This document shows, piece by piece, positions 62,186 to 64,000 of a stretch of 64,000 nucleotides of DNA (position 1 is its first letter; each line of letters begins with the position of its first letter). The notes below the pieces were generated by a model. That model was not told the DNA's origin, did not search any database, and saw nothing but the letters and a program-made list of their open reading frames with translations. The position numbers and the translations under genes were made by a program. Source of the stretch: Terriglobia bacterium (GTDB lineage: Bacteria; Acidobacteriota; Terriglobia; 20CM-2-55-15). The stretch is taken from assembly GCA_963664115.2 (NCBI GenBank), contig CAXWPJ010000009.1, positions 608,001 to 672,000 on the forward strand. The letters run 5' to 3'.

Positions 62186-63868
62186 TCAAATGACCTGGCT
62201 GGAGTTATAAACGCCGTAAACGCCACGGAGCGACTCGCAGATTTCACCGATCGTTGCGTAAGCTTTGACACTATCGATCAACACAGGAATGAGGTTATCC
62301 CCGGCTCTGGCAGCGTCCCCCAGATCGCTAAGCGATTGTGTGAGCAGAGCGTCGTCGCGTTTTTCCCTGAGCACTGCGAGTTTCGCGATCTGTTTTCGCT
62401 GGGTTTCGGGATTGCCTTTGAAAACTGGGATCTCTTCGGTACCCTCACTCTGGTACTCGTTGAGACCGACCAGAATTCTGTCCTTCGTTTCGATCTGACG
62501 CTGATATCGGTAGGCTGCGTCGGACAACTCGCGGTGGTAGTAACCGTTGTCGATGCACGACACGGCTCCACCCAGGGCCTCGATCTTCTCCAGGTACTGA
62601 TAAACTTCAGCCTCAAGGGAATCGGTCAGGGACTCGATCGCATACGAACCACCCAGGGCATCCGCCGTACCGGTGATGCCGGACTCATTCGCCACGATCT
62701 GTTGGGTCCTCAGAGCGATGGTCGCGGCCTCCTCGGTCGGAATGGCATAGGCTTCGTCATAAGACGAGGTGGCGATTGTCTGTACGCCGCCCAAGGCTGC
62801 AGCCATTGTTTCGATAGCCACGCGAGCAATGTTGTTTAAGGGCTGCTGGGCCACCAGGTTGCCACCCAAGGTGTATGCGAAAATCTTCAGCTTCATTGTG
62901 TCTGGATTTTCAGCACCATAGCGTTCCCTCATCAGTTTCGCCCAAATGCGACGCCCTGCCCTGAACTTCGCCACTTCCTCTAGAACGTCTATACCCGCCG
63001 AAAGGAAGGTCCATATCTGCCCGGCGAAGTCGTCGATTTTTAGACCGCGACCGATTACTTCATCCACATAGGCCAGACCATTGGCGAAGGTAAAAGCCAA
63101 CTCCTGCGCCGCGGTGCTTCCGCTGTCGCGGATGTGATAGCCACTCATTGCCAAGGGCGTCCACGACCCCAAATTCCGGCCGCAATATTCGATAACGTCG
63201 GACGACAACTTCAGGCCTGCTTCCGGCGGAAGAATGTATGTGCCCCGCGCGATGTATTCCTTGAGCACATCGTTCTGCAGAAACATGCGGGTGTTCGCGA
63301 TATTGACGCCCTTCTTTTCGAATGCTGCGATGTACATGGCTGCGATGATCGGGCCAATGGAATTCGCCGTGGTTCGAATCTGGCGGACCTTTTCAAGGGG
63401 AATGCCTTCAAAGAGCCGTTCCATGTCGTCGAGGGAACCGATATGGACTCCCGTTACCCCCACTTCGCCTGCAGCGAGAGGGTGGTCGGCGTCATATCCG
63501 CATTGAGTGGGGAGATCCAGAGCAATAGAGAACCCGGTTTGACCCCGCTCAAGCAAGGCCCGGTAACGCTCGTTCGCCTCTTCGGCTGAGCCAAAGCCGG
63601 AGTACATGCCCATGACCCAGAAGTTGCCCCGATACATCGTCGGGCTGACGCCCCGCGTGAAGGGGTAGGTCCCTGGATAACCCAGCTTCTCTTCAGCGCT
63701 TCCCGCCTCAGCGCCGTTGCCGGAAATGTCCTCGCGGGTATAGGTTCGCTCCAGCGGCTTCCCGGAGATCGTCGTGAATTCGTCTCGCCGCTCAGCTTCA
63801 GCTTCGAGGTGCGGATCGACAACCTTGGCTTGCCACTCGGCTTTGTTCGTCACATTTTCGTTGGACAT
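62186..63868 (-). CDS. B12-dependent acyl-CoA mutase, substrate-binding (large) subunit
   Basis: PGTYPFTRG, QNDVLKEYIARGTY, SGYHIR, EVAKFRA; no B12-binding domain. Confidence 0.92.
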   Translation of the reverse strand: MSNENVTNKAEWQAKVVDPHLEAEAERRDEFTTISGKPLERTYTREDISGNGAEAGSAEEKLGYPGTYPFTRGVSPTMYRGNFWVMGMYSGFGSAEEANERYRALLERGQTGFSIALDLPTQCGYDADHPLAAGEVGVTGVHIGSLDDMERLFEGIPLEKVRQIRTTANSIGPIIAAMYIAAFEKKGVNIANTRMFLQNDVLKEYIARGTYILPPEAGLKLSSDVIEYCGRNLGSWTPLAMSGYHIRDSGSTAAQELAFTFANGLAYVDEVIGRGLKIDDFAGQIWTFLSAGIDVLEEVAKFRAGRRIWAKLMRERYGAENPDTMKLKIFAYTLGGNLVAQQPLNNIARVAIETMAAALGGVQTIATSSYDEAYAIPTEEAATIALRTQQIVANESGITGTADALGGSYAIESLTDSLEAEVYQYLEKIEALGGAVSCIDNGYYHRELSDAAYRYQRQIETKDRILVGLNEYQSEGTEEIPVFKGNPETQRKQIAKLAVLREKRDDALLTQSLSDLGDAARAGDNLIPVLIDSVKAYATIGEICESLRGVYGVYNSSQVI

Positions 63869-63879
63869 TCGAAGGTTCT

Positions 63880-64000
63880 CTAAGCGTCCACCTTGACGAT
63901 GACTGATTCCGCTTCGCCGATACCACCACAGATGGTCACGAGTCCGTAGAACGGCCGGTTCTCGCCCGAAGCCTTCCGGCGCCGACCCAGTTCGTGAACC
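63880..64000 (-). CDS. Thiolase C-terminus (partial, runs off the window)
   Basis: VHELGRR...YGLVTICGGIGEAESVIVKVDA*. Confidence 0.7.
   Translation of the reverse strand, partial: VHELGRRRKASGENRPFYGLVTICGGIGEAESVIVKVDA

Overview
Chromosomal window of an Acidobacteriota bacterium (the 16S 5' end matches the Acidobacteria-specific GATCCTGGCTCAGAATC signature). In order it holds: a peptidase/oxidoreductase cluster (1-9.3 kb); a flagellar locus with motAB-flbD, a nonulosonic-acid flagellin glycosylation island, two short flagellins and fliD-fliS (9.7-25.9 kb); a ~7 kb integrative element next to tRNA-Leu (26.1-33.0 kb); housekeeping genes rnr, tilS-ftsH-folP-cdaA-cdaR-glmM; a full rRNA operon; IS256 copies interrupting a secreted-protein gene (partly a probable assembly mosaic); and metabolic genes (amidohydrolase, esterase, malic enzyme, cofD plus an F420-dependent oxidoreductase, and a thiolase/B12 acyl-CoA mutase/enoyl-CoA hydratase/CoA-ligase operon). 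The most interesting part is the tRNA-Leu element. It has no capsid or conjugation genes. It combines a tyrosine integrase, an excisionase, a minimal HUH rolling-circle Rep with candidate dso/sso hairpins, a DUF669 SSB-like protein, an FseA-like (DUF6499/DUF2285-type) activator split by IS256, and a 58-nt tRNA mimic that lacks an anticodon arm. All family calls come from motif recognition by eye, with no database search.
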